The notes: generated by a model not told the origin, from the letters alone. Counted from the first letter of the stretch, positions 9,747-19,101 are shown. The stretch: DNA of 64,000 nt from Candidatus Shapirobacteria bacterium GW2011_GWF2_37_20 (GCA_000989305.1 LBTB01000001.1:2104-66103); one strand, 5' to 3'. Program-made: numbers and translations.

Positions 9747-9774
9747 ATTTTATCAGTCAAGAAAAATATGTCAA
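9747..9774 (-). promoter_or_regulatory. Sigma70-type promoter for the leader/tRNA-His unit
   Basis: TTGACA-16 nt-TAAAAT with extended TG. Confidence 0.8.
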
Positions 9775-9804
9775 TGAGTAAAATAGCTTATAATATTGTA
9801 GAAA

Positions 9805-10476
9805 TTAATCCAGGGCGATAAGACGGAGGGCTGGGTAGGTTGAATTTTCGCCATTTGTGTAAATACAGACTATTTTTTGACCTTTTTTAAGATTGGCGAA
9901 TTTTATTAATTTATTTTCCCTGGTAACTATTTCAGTTTTAGCACTAACTTTAATTTGCAGTTCACGATTTTTATTGTTGGTGGGGATAAGGACTAGAATG
10001 GAAGTGGTTGGGGAAATGTCAGCAATTTTTCCCAGGGAAACATTTTTGCTATTTGTTAACTTGGTTGAATCAACGACAATAATTTTTTTAGCAAAAACAA
10101 GGGCATCTTTGGATAAAGTTAGAACCAGGACATCCTGTCCGATTTTGAGATCGCTTATTTTAATCTTGTTTTGTTTTAAATTAACAAAAACGGCATCTTC
10201 ACTAATAGTAAATTTGTGTATATTGGTTTTGGAATCGATTTTTAGATTGGTGTCGTTTATTTCAGTGATAGTACCGAGATAGGCTTTTTTAGGGTTGACT
10301 ACAACATTATCTTGACCAAGTTCCTGAAGTTTTTCGTTAACTTTTTGTTGAATAATTTCCCGTAATTTTTGGATCTCATCGCCGGTGGAGACAGTTGGAG
10401 TTTGGGCGTGGGTAGAAGAAGTAAAAAGGGAAAAAGCTGAAATCAGGACTAATAAGAATATGGATATTTTGGTCAT
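9805..10476 (-). CDS. Secreted hypothetical protein (tandem small beta-barrel-like repeats)
   Basis: Signal peptide ending THA-Q; two similar units ending LKIGQDV / LKKGQKI. Confidence 0.7.
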   Translation of the reverse strand: MTKISIFLLVLISAFSLFTSSTHAQTPTVSTGDEIQKLREIIQQKVNEKLQELGQDNVVVNPKKAYLGTITEINDTNLKIDSKTNIHKFTISEDAVFVNLKQNKIKISDLKIGQDVLVLTLSKDALVFAKKIIVVDSTKLTNSKNVSLGKIADISPTTSILVLIPTNNKNRELQIKVSAKTEIVTRENKLIKFANLKKGQKIVCIYTNGENSTYPALRLIALD

Positions 10477-10934
10477 TCAAGTTTGGTGGTGGAATAAGTA
10501 AGAAAAATTTCAAGGTGACTTTCCTGATCATTTTGATCGATTGAGGTCAGATTAATAACATTATAACCCGGCTCAAGATCAATGACTTGGGAAAAGTTAC
10601 CCTGAGCGTTGGTGTTGAGATGGTAATTTTTTAATGGAGTGGTAATAACAATGAGGCTGCCGGAAGGGGCAACACCCTTAAGGGTGGTTTTGCTGGTACT
10701 AATAATGTCGTTAGTTTGAGGAGAAGTGACTTCGAAACTCGAAGTAGTAGTCAGGGGAGCGGTTGTCGGAGAAAGATTGGGGTCGGTTTGAGAATCCGAA
10801 GAAGGGGTGGGGACAACAATATTCGGAGTATTTTTGTGACTGTTATTATTTTGTTTGATGAAATAAAAAGTGCCGGTAAGTCCGAAACCAATTAGAAGGC
10901 CGAAAATTACGGCTAAAGATAATTCCTTAATCAT
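10473..10934 (-). CDS. Membrane-anchored protein with Ig-like domain
   Basis: N-terminal TM, P/T linker, GNFSQVIDLEPGYNVI motif; second ATG chosen as start. Confidence 0.7.
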   Translation of the reverse strand: MIKELSLAVIFGLLIGFGLTGTFYFIKQNNNSHKNTPNIVVPTPSSDSQTDPNLSPTTAPLTTTSSFEVTSPQTNDIISTSKTTLKGVAPSGSLIVITTPLKNYHLNTNAQGNFSQVIDLEPGYNVINLTSIDQNDQESHLEIFLTYSTTKLE

Positions 10935-10961
10935 AGAGTGGTTTAATGTTATCATAAGGCT

Positions 10962-11510
10962 ATGGAAATTAAATACTTTGAGAACGGTAAAATTTATTTA
11001 AAGGGCAAAAAAGAGAATGTGTGGATAAATCCGGGAAAAGAAGAGTTTGGAGGAAAAAACGGGGAAGCCCGGGTGGTTATTTTTACCGAAAAAGAGAAAA
11101 ACTTTGTTAAATTGGGAGAAGAAAATGATAAAGTAATAATTTGTGGAGTTGGGGAATATGAAATTGGGGGAGTGGAAATTAGCGGAATAAACGCGATGTA
11201 TGCCCTAACCATGGATGGAATAAAAATAGTAATAGTCGGAAAGATTGAGGGTGAAATAACAGAAAAAAAGAAAGAAAAACTGGAGGAGGCTGATGTTTTA
11301 TTGATAGGTATGGGGGCTACAGCGGTAGACATTGCCAAGAAGTCAGCGGCAAATTATATTGTGCCAATTGAGTTTGATGATGAAGAAAAAGAGCTAAAGA
11401 CTTTCATGGACGCTTTTGATAGTGAAAATTTAGAAGCAATTGATAGCCTGAAGGTAGATAAAGAAAACCTACCAGAAGGAGTGGAGGTGGTCTTATTAAA
11501 GACGAAATAA
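10962..11510 (+). CDS. Degenerate MBL-fold-like protein
   Basis: GEYEIGGVEISGI, DVLLI, YIVPI motifs; metal-binding His residues not evident. Confidence 0.65.
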   Translation: MEIKYFENGKIYLKGKKENVWINPGKEEFGGKNGEARVVIFTEKEKNFVKLGEENDKVIICGVGEYEIGGVEISGINAMYALTMDGIKIVIVGKIEGEITEKKKEKLEEADVLLIGMGATAVDIAKKSAANYIVPIEFDDEEKELKTFMDAFDSENLEAIDSLKVDKENLPEGVEVVLLKTK

Positions 11511-12805
11511 TTAAATTACCACCCAGCTTTGAAGAAGCTGAAATATGTGTTCTAGGATCGATTCTGATTGATAATGATGCAATTTTATTGGTTTCGGAAT
11601 TTTTGAGGGCTGAGCATTTTTATAACCATAATTATGGTTTGATTTTCGAGTCGATGGCGCGATTATATGAAGAAAGGAGCCCGATTGATATAGTGACTGT
11701 GGCGGGAAAATTGAAGGAAAACAAGGCTTTAAAAAACATAGGAGGAAAGGCTTTTTTGTCAAAATTGGCTTCCGAAGTACCTACTTCGGCAAACGTGGAA
11801 AGCTATGGGCGGATGATAAAGGCGTTATCAGCCAAAAGAGAATTAATTTCAGCGGCGGGAAGAATTTCGGAAAAAGCTTTTGATGAATCAGTGCCAGCGG
11901 AACAATTGCTGGATATGGCGGAACAAGAAGTCTATGCCTTGTCACAAAAACACATGAAATCAGTACCATCATCAATTAAAGAGGTGCTAACAGCTTCTTT
12001 TGACCGCCTTGATGAGTTACAAAAGCGAGGAAGTGGTCTAAGAGGATTGGCGAGCGGTTTTCGTCAATTAGATTCAATGTTGGCCGGAATGCAGGACAGT
12101 AACCTGATTATTTTGGCGGCTAGGCCGGGAGTGGGTAAAACTGCTTTTGCTTTAAATATTGCCAGACATGTAGCAGTTGAGGAAAAATTACCAACTTGTA
12201 TTTTTTCTTTGGAAATGAGCAAGGAAGAATTGGTGGATCGTTTGTTGGTCAGACAGGGATTAATTGATGCTTGGAAATTAAAAACTGGACAACTATCGGA
12301 TGATGATTTTACCTCTTTGTCTGAAGCGATGGGTGTTTTGGCTGAGGCTCCACTTTATATTGACGATACTCCTGGATTGACGGTAACGGAATTGAGAACA
12401 AAGGCCAGACGTTTACAGGCCGACAAGGGAATTAAATTTATAATTGTAGATTATTTACAGTTAATGCATGGATACTCACGGGAAAATCGGGTACAGGAAG
12501 TTTCGGAAATTTCCCAGGGTTTGAAGAATTTGGCCAGAGAATTAAGAATCCCAATTTTGGCGGCAGCGCAGTTAAATCGACAAATGGAGGCGAGGGGAGG
12601 AAAACCAAGACTCTCTGATTTGCGAGAATCGGGAAGTATTGAACAGGATTCGGACGTAGTCATGTTTTTGTCAAGAGAAGATGAGGAAATAAAGGAAATG
12701 GTGACAGTTTCTATTGAAAAACATCGTAACGGCCCGACGGGACAATTTAATTTATTCTTCAATGGTAAGCAGGTGAGCTTTTTTGATGTGGAAAAGAAGG
12801 GGTAA
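11507..12805 (+). CDS. dnaB: Replicative DNA helicase DnaB (start uncertain, non-ATG)
   Basis: AARPGVGKT, FSLEMS, IVDYLQLM, DLRESGSIEQDSD, KHRNGPTG; conserved LPP..EEAE..VLG N-terminus lies upstream of the TTG at 11588. Confidence 0.95.
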   Translation: MIKLPPSFEEAEICVLGSILIDNDAILLVSEFLRAEHFYNHNYGLIFESMARLYEERSPIDIVTVAGKLKENKALKNIGGKAFLSKLASEVPTSANVESYGRMIKALSAKRELISAAGRISEKAFDESVPAEQLLDMAEQEVYALSQKHMKSVPSSIKEVLTASFDRLDELQKRGSGLRGLASGFRQLDSMLAGMQDSNLIILAARPGVGKTAFALNIARHVAVEEKLPTCIFSLEMSKEELVDRLLVRQGLIDAWKLKTGQLSDDDFTSLSEAMGVLAEAPLYIDDTPGLTVTELRTKARRLQADKGIKFIIVDYLQLMHGYSRENRVQEVSEISQGLKNLARELRIPILAAAQLNRQMEARGGKPRLSDLRESGSIEQDSDVVMFLSREDEEIKEMVTVSIEKHRNGPTGQFNLFFNGKQVSFFDVEKKG

Positions 12806-12806
12806 A

Positions 12807-12965
12807 CTATTTTCTTGTCTGTGGTAATTCAGCTCGTTTTTTATTTAAAGCTTTTTGAATTTCCTTTGGATCGGCACCAAAATGCATGGCTAGTTCGATT
12901 GCTTCAGCTGATACTTTAGGTTTTTTTGTGTAATGAGGATAATTTTGGGAACGTTCATGCTTCAT
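12807..12965 (-). CDS. Small hypothetical protein (52 aa, not in ORF track)
   Basis: MKHERSQNYPHYTKKPKVSAEAIELAMHFGADPKEIQKALNKKRAELPQTRK fills the gap; TGaTAAAAT upstream. Confidence 0.5.
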   Translation of the reverse strand: MKHERSQNYPHYTKKPKVSAEAIELAMHFGADPKEIQKALNKKRAELPQTRK

Positions 12966-12999
12966 ATTAAGCGTATTTTATCACAATATCTAATTTATG

Positions 13000-13083
13000 T
13001 GCCGAGGGTGGGAATCGAACCCACACGATATTGCTATCACACGATTTTGAGTCGTGCGCGTCTACCAATTCCGCCACGTCGGC
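13000..13083 (-). tRNA. tRNA-Leu (CAA)
   Basis: GCCGACGTGGCGGAATTGGTAGACGC, anticodon arm CACGA-CT-CAA-AA-TCGTG, long variable arm, GTTCGATT; CCA not encoded; C6:C67 mismatch. Confidence 0.95.
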
Positions 13084-13117
13084 AATGGCAATAGTATAAC
13101 AAAATGTATAGTAAAAT

Positions 13118-13720
13118 ATGTTCATGATGATTGTTTTGGGAATATTAGGTCTAATAGGATACTTGTATTTAAGTTGGCGGACTTTAAGGGAAAATTACCA
13201 AGAAGAAGATATCATAGCTTTTAGTTGGGTGGCGATATTATTGTTTTTGGTGGGGGGAAGATTGAGTTATGGTCTGATCAATTGGGGAGTTTGGGTTGAT
13301 AACCCGGGAGCGTGGTTGGAGTTTTGGAGAATGGATGAAGCGAGTTTGATAGGAGCGAGTGGACTATGGATGGCTTTCGTCTTACTGATAACCAGAGACA
13401 AGGATTGGAAAATATGGCCATTTTTGGAAAATTCTTTGGTAAGTGTAGTTTTTTTACTGATGATATCTGCTCTGATACTAATGAATTGGCCAATAGTATT
13501 AGCCTTAGTTGGGGCAATAGTATTGACGGTGCCGATGAAGAAAAAATATCGGTCTTTGCAATGGTATAAAAGCGGCAGAAAAGGCTTCCTGTTTTTTTGG
13601 TTTTCAATTTGTTTTTGGTTGATTTTTGCTGTGATTTCGAGACTTTGGTGGACAGGCGGAATTAGCTTGCTTTTTATAGTGGGATTGTTTATGCTTGGTA
13701 ATGATAAGCTTTCCAAGTAG
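13118..13720 (+). CDS. Membrane protein, Lgt-like
   Basis: Multi-TM, LVGGRLSY resembles the Lgt G(A)R motif; clustered with an lspA-like gene. Confidence 0.55.
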   Translation: MFMMIVLGILGLIGYLYLSWRTLRENYQEEDIIAFSWVAILLFLVGGRLSYGLINWGVWVDNPGAWLEFWRMDEASLIGASGLWMAFVLLITRDKDWKIWPFLENSLVSVVFLLMISALILMNWPIVLALVGAIVLTVPMKKKYRSLQWYKSGRKGFLFFWFSICFWLIFAVISRLWWTGGISLLFIVGLFMLGNDKLSK

Positions 13721-14060
13721 ATTGACGAAAAATATTGAGATTTTTTTGGAGTCTAAGTTGTTGAAATTAAAAAGAACAGAGAAGTCTTTGAAATCCAGCG
13801 ATCCTTTTGCCGATGAGCAAAGAACGGGAAACAATTCAGTAGAAGAAGACTTGGATGAACAAATAGGCCATTTTGAAACGGAAATAAAAGTAAATTTTGT
13901 GAAGAAACAAATCGTTCAGTTTAGGAAGGCTTTAACAAGATTAAAAATTGGGAAGTATGGAGCTTGCGAGAAGTGTGGAAGAATGATTGATACAGACCGT
14001 TTGGCGGTAAGGCCGGAGACGACAGTTTGTTTGTATTGTGAGAAAGAGCGAGAGGGGTAA
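13701..14060 (+). CDS. TraR/DksA C4-type zinc finger protein
   Basis: GKYGACEKCG..I...RL..RPETTVCLYC. Confidence 0.9.
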   Translation: MISFPSRLTKNIEIFLESKLLKLKRTEKSLKSSDPFADEQRTGNNSVEEDLDEQIGHFETEIKVNFVKKQIVQFRKALTRLKIGKYGACEKCGRMIDTDRLAVRPETTVCLYCEKEREG

Positions 14061-14359
14061 TGACAGTATTTAACGAGGAGGCAAGTTTAGGGTTAAAAAT
14101 TCCGGCATTAGAGTTAATATCAAGTTTCTTTTTGGGTTTATTGGTAATAATTTGGTGGAGGGATAAAAAAGCCTGGGGGTTATTGTTGATGATAATTGGA
14201 GGGGGTTTGAATCTAGTAGAGAGATTTAGATTTGGGGGGGTAAGAGATTACTGGCAAATTCCGATGACCTCAATTTATAATAATATTAACGATTATTTAA
14301 TTGCTCTAGGGGTGATACAATTAATTTGGTATTTATTATGGAAGAAAAGGCAAAAATAG
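14060..14359 (+). CDS. lspA: Short signal peptidase II-like protein
   Basis: GGGLNLVERF..GGVRDY and NINDY resemble the two catalytic Asp motifs; lspA-rluA synteny. Confidence 0.7.
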   Translation: MTVFNEEASLGLKIPALELISSFFLGLLVIIWWRDKKAWGLLLMIIGGGLNLVERFRFGGVRDYWQIPMTSIYNNINDYLIALGVIQLIWYLLWKKRQK

Positions 14360-15009
14360 TATATAAAGATGAGGATATTTTAGTCTTGAATAAAAAGGCG
14401 GGGGTGGTTTGCACTAAAGAAGGGAGACAAAATTCGGAGACTTTAGAGGACTGGCTAATAGAAAAATTTGAAGATAATAAAATACCTCGGCAGGGGATTG
14501 TTCATCGCTTAGATAAGGGAACCTCGGGGTTGATGGTGGTAGCAAGAACAACAGAGGCCAGAAATAAGCTGTTGGAAATTTTTAGAAAAAGAGAAATTAA
14601 AAAGGTATATTTGGCCTTGATAGGAGGGGATTTACCGGAAAAGGGTGAGGTGAAGGTACCTATTGCTAGATCGAAATATGTTTTTGGGAAATTTGCCGCA
14701 AGTGAGGAGGGGAAAGAAGCAGAAACCCACTTTAAAATAATAAAAAAATATAAACACCTGGACAAGGTGTATTCCTTAATAGAAATAAACTTAATGACTG
14801 GCAGAACTCACCAAATTAGAGTTCATTTTAGCTATTTGGGATGGCCATTGGTTGGGGATTTGACATATGGAGGGAAAGAATTACTGGGATTAAAAAGACC
14901 TTTTTTACAGGCTAAAAAATTGGAGTTTGGACAACCAATGACCGGGAAGGAGTTGTCTTTTGAAAGTGATTTAGCCGATGATTTACAGGAAGTATTAGAT
15001 CAATTATGA
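14338..15009 (+). CDS. RluA-family pseudouridine synthase
   Basis: LNKKAG, IVHRLDKGTSG, TGRTHQIRVH, GDLTYG. Confidence 0.95.
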   Translation: MEEKAKIVYKDEDILVLNKKAGVVCTKEGRQNSETLEDWLIEKFEDNKIPRQGIVHRLDKGTSGLMVVARTTEARNKLLEIFRKREIKKVYLALIGGDLPEKGEVKVPIARSKYVFGKFAASEEGKEAETHFKIIKKYKHLDKVYSLIEINLMTGRTHQIRVHFSYLGWPLVGDLTYGGKELLGLKRPFLQAKKLEFGQPMTGKELSFESDLADDLQEVLDQL

Positions 15010-15821
15010 AAAAAATATTACTATTTTTGGGTATTATTTCAATTGCTGGATTGGGACTAGTAAAAGGTTTTCAAAAAAATGATTTTAGGTTAGGGATAAT
15101 TGCTCCGGACAGAGTGGCAATATTATCAATATCTCCCGGGAGAGGAATGATTAATTTATTAACGGTGAACCCGGAGGTGGAAGTGTGGCTCCCTGAGGGA
15201 ATGGGTTGGTATCCCAGCAATAAAATTAAAAAAATCTTTAATAATGATAAAGACATGGAGCTGATGAAAAAAATGTTTTATTATAATTTTGGTTTTTTAC
15301 CGGAAAGAATCGCTTTTTTTTCGGAAGTCAACGATTGGAGAGATTTTGAATTAATTAAGTATTTGGGCGTGGTTGACTGGGCAAGATATCTCGTGGAACA
15401 GGAAAATTGGTTATATAAAACAGAAGTAATTAATCGTAGTTTTGAATTAGAAAAAGAAACCTTAGATGAAATATTACCCCGTGATTTTGCGGATAACGAA
15501 TTGATGGGAGGGGAAATAAAAATAACGGTAGTGAACACGACTGAAGAAAATGGTTTAGGGGCTTTTGTGGCCGACAGGTTGAACTGGATGGGTTTTAATG
15601 TAGTATCGGTTGAAAGTGGAGGAGGTAAGGTAGCTGAGGGTGAAATCATGGTGAATGCACCTGACAATAGTCTAGCGAAAAAATATACTAGTTTACTGGC
15701 ACAAATATATTCCTGTTCACAGAAAAGCAACGAAACTTTGTTGCCTGATGAGGCGGTTTTATACTTAGGTCAAAACTATGCGTCGATGCTAAAATATAGT
15801 AGCTATGTCAGGACATTCTAA
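15006..15821 (+). CDS. Membrane-anchored protein with LytR C-terminal-like domain
   Basis: ITVVNTTEENGLG..VA..L...GF, LYLGQNY. Confidence 0.7.
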   Translation: MKKILLFLGIISIAGLGLVKGFQKNDFRLGIIAPDRVAILSISPGRGMINLLTVNPEVEVWLPEGMGWYPSNKIKKIFNNDKDMELMKKMFYYNFGFLPERIAFFSEVNDWRDFELIKYLGVVDWARYLVEQENWLYKTEVINRSFELEKETLDEILPRDFADNELMGGEIKITVVNTTEENGLGAFVADRLNWMGFNVVSVESGGGKVAEGEIMVNAPDNSLAKKYTSLLAQIYSCSQKSNETLLPDEAVLYLGQNYASMLKYSSYVRTF

Positions 15822-16521
15822 ATGGGCAAACATTAAAAATAGGAAGGGAGCACAGGATAAAAAGAGAAGTGAGGTCTTTACTAAAACTTCAAAAAATATC
15901 ATGACGGCAATTCGCGAAGGTGGGGGAAATACTAATCCAGCGTCAAATGTGGCTTTAAGGGAAGCGATTGAAAGGTCTAGGGCGGTAAATATGCCAAAGG
16001 AAAATATTGAGAGGTTATTGCAACGCTTTGAAGAGAGAAAAAATAATCTGGTGTCGGGGGTTTTTGAGGGGTTTGGGCCTTTTGGGGTGCCGATAATGAT
16101 TGAAGTGGAGACAGATAATAAAAATAGAGTATTGGGGGAAATCAAGTTAATTTTTCGAAATTATGGCGGTAATTTAGGTGAAAGCGGTAGTGTAGCTTTT
16201 ATGTTTGACAGGGTGGGGGAGATTGAGTTGGAGTCGAACATTGATCAGAACATGGAGTTGGAGTTAATTGATTTTGGGGTAAAAGATATTGATGGCAAGC
16301 TGGTGATAACCGCGGTGAGTGATTTTGGTAGGGTAAGGGATAAGCTTGTCTCAAGCGGTTTAGCAATTGAAAGCTCCGGTTTGGTCTATAAGTGTAGGAG
16401 TAATACCATGTTGGCGTCGGAGGAAGAAGTGGCTAAAATATTAGATATGGTTGATGAATTAGAAGAAAACGACGACGTGATTAATGTTTTTGCCGGTTTT
16501 GACTATGCCCAAACGACTTAA
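15805..16521 (+). CDS. yebC: YebC/PmpR family protein
   Basis: MSGHSKWANIK, EGFGP.G, TDNKNR, GSVAFMF, LEENDDV. Confidence 0.96.
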   Translation: MSGHSKWANIKNRKGAQDKKRSEVFTKTSKNIMTAIREGGGNTNPASNVALREAIERSRAVNMPKENIERLLQRFEERKNNLVSGVFEGFGPFGVPIMIEVETDNKNRVLGEIKLIFRNYGGNLGESGSVAFMFDRVGEIELESNIDQNMELELIDFGVKDIDGKLVITAVSDFGRVRDKLVSSGLAIESSGLVYKCRSNTMLASEEEVAKILDMVDELEENDDVINVFAGFDYAQTT

Positions 16522-17290
16522 ATATTTTATTTCTTCATTTTTAGGGTCAGTGGGATTTTATTTGTATTTAGGTTTGCCGGTGGAGTCAAGATATTATGGT
16601 TTGATGCTGTTGTTGGCCATGATTGCTTTCTGTTTTTGGTTTGGACTGGGAATAATTTTTGAAGGTAATGTAGATACAAAGATTATGTCAGTATTGTTGC
16701 CGGTTTTGTGGACCTTGGGTTTTGGACTTTTTTCAGCATTATTGCCGATAAATTGGCTAAACTTGTTATTATTGACGATATTTTTTGGAGGAGTATTGTA
16801 TACCATGTTTTTGGCAGAGAATGTTTTTCTGGTAGCTATTGGTTACAAAACTGTGCCTTTGTATCGGGCGGCTTATACGGTAAGTTTGATTTTGATTTTA
16901 TTGGTGTCGTTTTTTATTTTTGATAGTTTGTTTTCTTTTAAGCTAGCTTTTTGGGGAAACATGATTTCAACGTTAATTTTGGGGTTACTCATCTTTACCT
17001 ATCAATATTGGGCGGTGGCAATTGAATTACCCGATGATGGGAAAGGAAAAGGGAAGTGGCCATATATATTGATTCCGGCTTTACTATTGACAGAGTTTGC
17101 CGGTATATTGTCATTTTGGCCGGTGGGTATTTTTAAGGGATCGGTATATTTGGTGGCAGTAATATATATAATTTCTGGCTTATTACAGGCAGAAATTCGT
17201 GATAGGCTGTTTAGGGGAGTAGTGCTGACATATAGCTATATAGGAGTGGCGGTGGCTTTGGCAATTATTCTGGTAACAAATTGGGGTTGA
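16505..17290 (+). CDS. Multi-pass membrane protein
   Basis: About 9 hydrophobic segments, PLYRAA motif. Confidence 0.8.
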   Translation: MPKRLKYFISSFLGSVGFYLYLGLPVESRYYGLMLLLAMIAFCFWFGLGIIFEGNVDTKIMSVLLPVLWTLGFGLFSALLPINWLNLLLLTIFFGGVLYTMFLAENVFLVAIGYKTVPLYRAAYTVSLILILLVSFFIFDSLFSFKLAFWGNMISTLILGLLIFTYQYWAVAIELPDDGKGKGKWPYILIPALLLTEFAGILSFWPVGIFKGSVYLVAVIYIISGLLQAEIRDRLFRGVVLTYSYIGVAVALAIILVTNWG

Positions 17291-17633
17291 GAGGTAGAAG
17301 TAAATAATAAATAAATGAATAGGTAAGTTGAAAAAATGGCCATGCTAGTGGGGAAGTAGGGGAGAGGCCTATAATATTATGTCCTATAATATTAATATTT
17401 TTCACAATATATCTTATAATTTTCACAGGAATAATGATATACATTGATATAGTCTGTGTGGAAAACTAATTAGCAGTCGACTATATCACTTCTCAAAGCT
17501 GGAGTAGGGCTAGCGAGAGGAGTAGTGGTGAGGACTTAAGAAATTTTATAAGGGCTAATGATTGTATAAGTAACGATGCAGGTGATTGGATTGTTTAGTG
17601 TTGCTCCCCACTGACGGGGTAGCTGATTATGCT

Positions 17634-17661
17634 ATGTCGCACAATGTATCTTTTACGACTA
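17634..17661 (+). other. Candidate dif-like Xer recombination site
   Basis: ATGTCGCACAA-TGTATC-TTTTACGACTA: 11-6-11 layout, inverted GTCG.A.AA arms, about 290 bp upstream of the Xer gene. Confidence 0.45.
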
Positions 17662-17954
17662 TGTTGAAACGGGAAGTGGAGGGGAGAGGTAAAAAATGTT
17701 TTTTATTATTTTTATTTTTTTGGTTGTTAATTAATATTTAATGTTTTTGGATTATTAATTAAAGTACTTAATTCCTCTATCTGGCCCCTGGCCGCCCTAA
17801 ATTTGTTTTTAGCTTGAAAATGGCTTTTAACCACTTCCCTAACCTATTTTTGACGAGAGATGGTAAAAAATGCCTAAAATACGGTAAAATGTAATAAGAC
17901 CTCACCAGAGCCTCGTAAACGCACGTTTTTCTTTTTTGTATGTTAGGATTAGAT

Positions 17955-18899
17955 ATGGATTTAGATTTGGCCATAGCCATCAGAAGATTTCTCGAGCATT
18001 TGGAAGTGGAGAAGAATTGTTCGAAGTTAACTGTCAGAAATTATCAGCATTATTTGGAAGTCTTGCAGAGTTACTTTGAGGGCTCAGGAAACACGACTCC
18101 TAAGGTTTCCGACATTAATCAAGACTTGGTCAGAAGTTTTAGATTACATTTGTCACGGCAGGCCGGAGTTGATGGAGAGATGAAAATTGTCACTCAGGGT
18201 TATTATGTAATTGCCCTAAGATCCTTCTTAAAGTATTTAATTAGAAATGACTATAAAGTAATGCAACCGGAAAAAATTGAAGTGCCTAAGACTAAAGATC
18301 ATTCTTTGAAGTTTTTGAATGGTGAACAGATAGAGAGATTGTTAAATCAGCCTATATTATCGACAAAAGTAGGGATTAGGGATAGGGCAATACTAGAATT
18401 GTTGTTTTCCACTGGATTGCGGGTATCTGAATTAACCAGATTGAACAGAGATCAAATTAACCTAAAGACACGCGAATTTGGAGTGATTGGTAAAGGTGGT
18501 AAGGCTAGGGTGGTTTTTATCAGTGTTAGGGCGGCAGTTTTTTTGGATAAATACATGAAAAGTAGAACTGACAAGGACAGACCTCTTTTTATCCGCTATG
18601 GTGGCAAGAAGGATATTGTAAGCGAGGAAGAAAAAATGAGACTGAGTCCCCGCTCGGTTGAAAGATTGGTAAAACATTATGTTAGATTGGCTAAGCTGCC
18701 GGTTGACGCAACGCCCCATACTTTACGTCACTCAATGGCGACTGATCTGTTGCGGGCTGGAGCCGATCTTAGGTCGGTTCAGGAATTATTGGGTCACAAA
18801 AATATTGCGACGACACAGATATATACTCACATCACAGACGCCAGATTACGTGAGGTTCATGAGAAATATCATTCCGGAAACAAGAAAGAAGATGTGTAA
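17955..18899 (+). CDS. xerC: Tyrosine recombinase XerC/XerD family
   Basis: TVRNY SAM-like domain, RDRAILELLFSTGLRVSEL, GKGGK, TPHTLRHS, LLGH, TQIYTH. Confidence 0.93.
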   Translation: MDLDLAIAIRRFLEHLEVEKNCSKLTVRNYQHYLEVLQSYFEGSGNTTPKVSDINQDLVRSFRLHLSRQAGVDGEMKIVTQGYYVIALRSFLKYLIRNDYKVMQPEKIEVPKTKDHSLKFLNGEQIERLLNQPILSTKVGIRDRAILELLFSTGLRVSELTRLNRDQINLKTREFGVIGKGGKARVVFISVRAAVFLDKYMKSRTDKDRPLFIRYGGKKDIVSEEEKMRLSPRSVERLVKHYVRLAKLPVDATPHTLRHSMATDLLRAGADLRSVQELLGHKNIATTQIYTHITDARLREVHEKYHSGNKKEDV

Positions 18900-19101
18900 C
18901 AGGTGTGTCCTATAGTTACCCCATTTTGAGTAAAGGATGGGAAAAAAGCATTCTGATGACTCCCCTAGCCTATCGAGTTGGTCTTTTTACCCTATTTTAG
19001 GCGCTTAATGGTTTTTCTAACCTGGCTAGCAGGTTGAACTGAGAAGTGCTAAATGATAAAAATACTATGCAACTATCCTATATATATTATATAGTTATGT
19101 C

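Noticed and set aside
9333-9774. T-box riboswitch upstream of hisS
   Set aside because: No GGTGGnACCGCG T-box motif on the sense strand; the leader-peptide model explains the stems better.
13000-13083. tRNA-Leu as pseudogene or integration site
   Set aside because: One acceptor-stem mismatch only, other elements intact, and no duplicated 3' end found in the window.
17291-17954. oriC near gyrA/gyrB
   Set aside because: Only two or three DnaA-box-like 9-mers, no dnaA/dnaN in the window, and no visible GC-skew switch.
17955-18899. Prophage or ICE integrase
   Set aside because: Looks like a housekeeping Xer (size, motifs); no phage, conjugation or cargo genes nearby.
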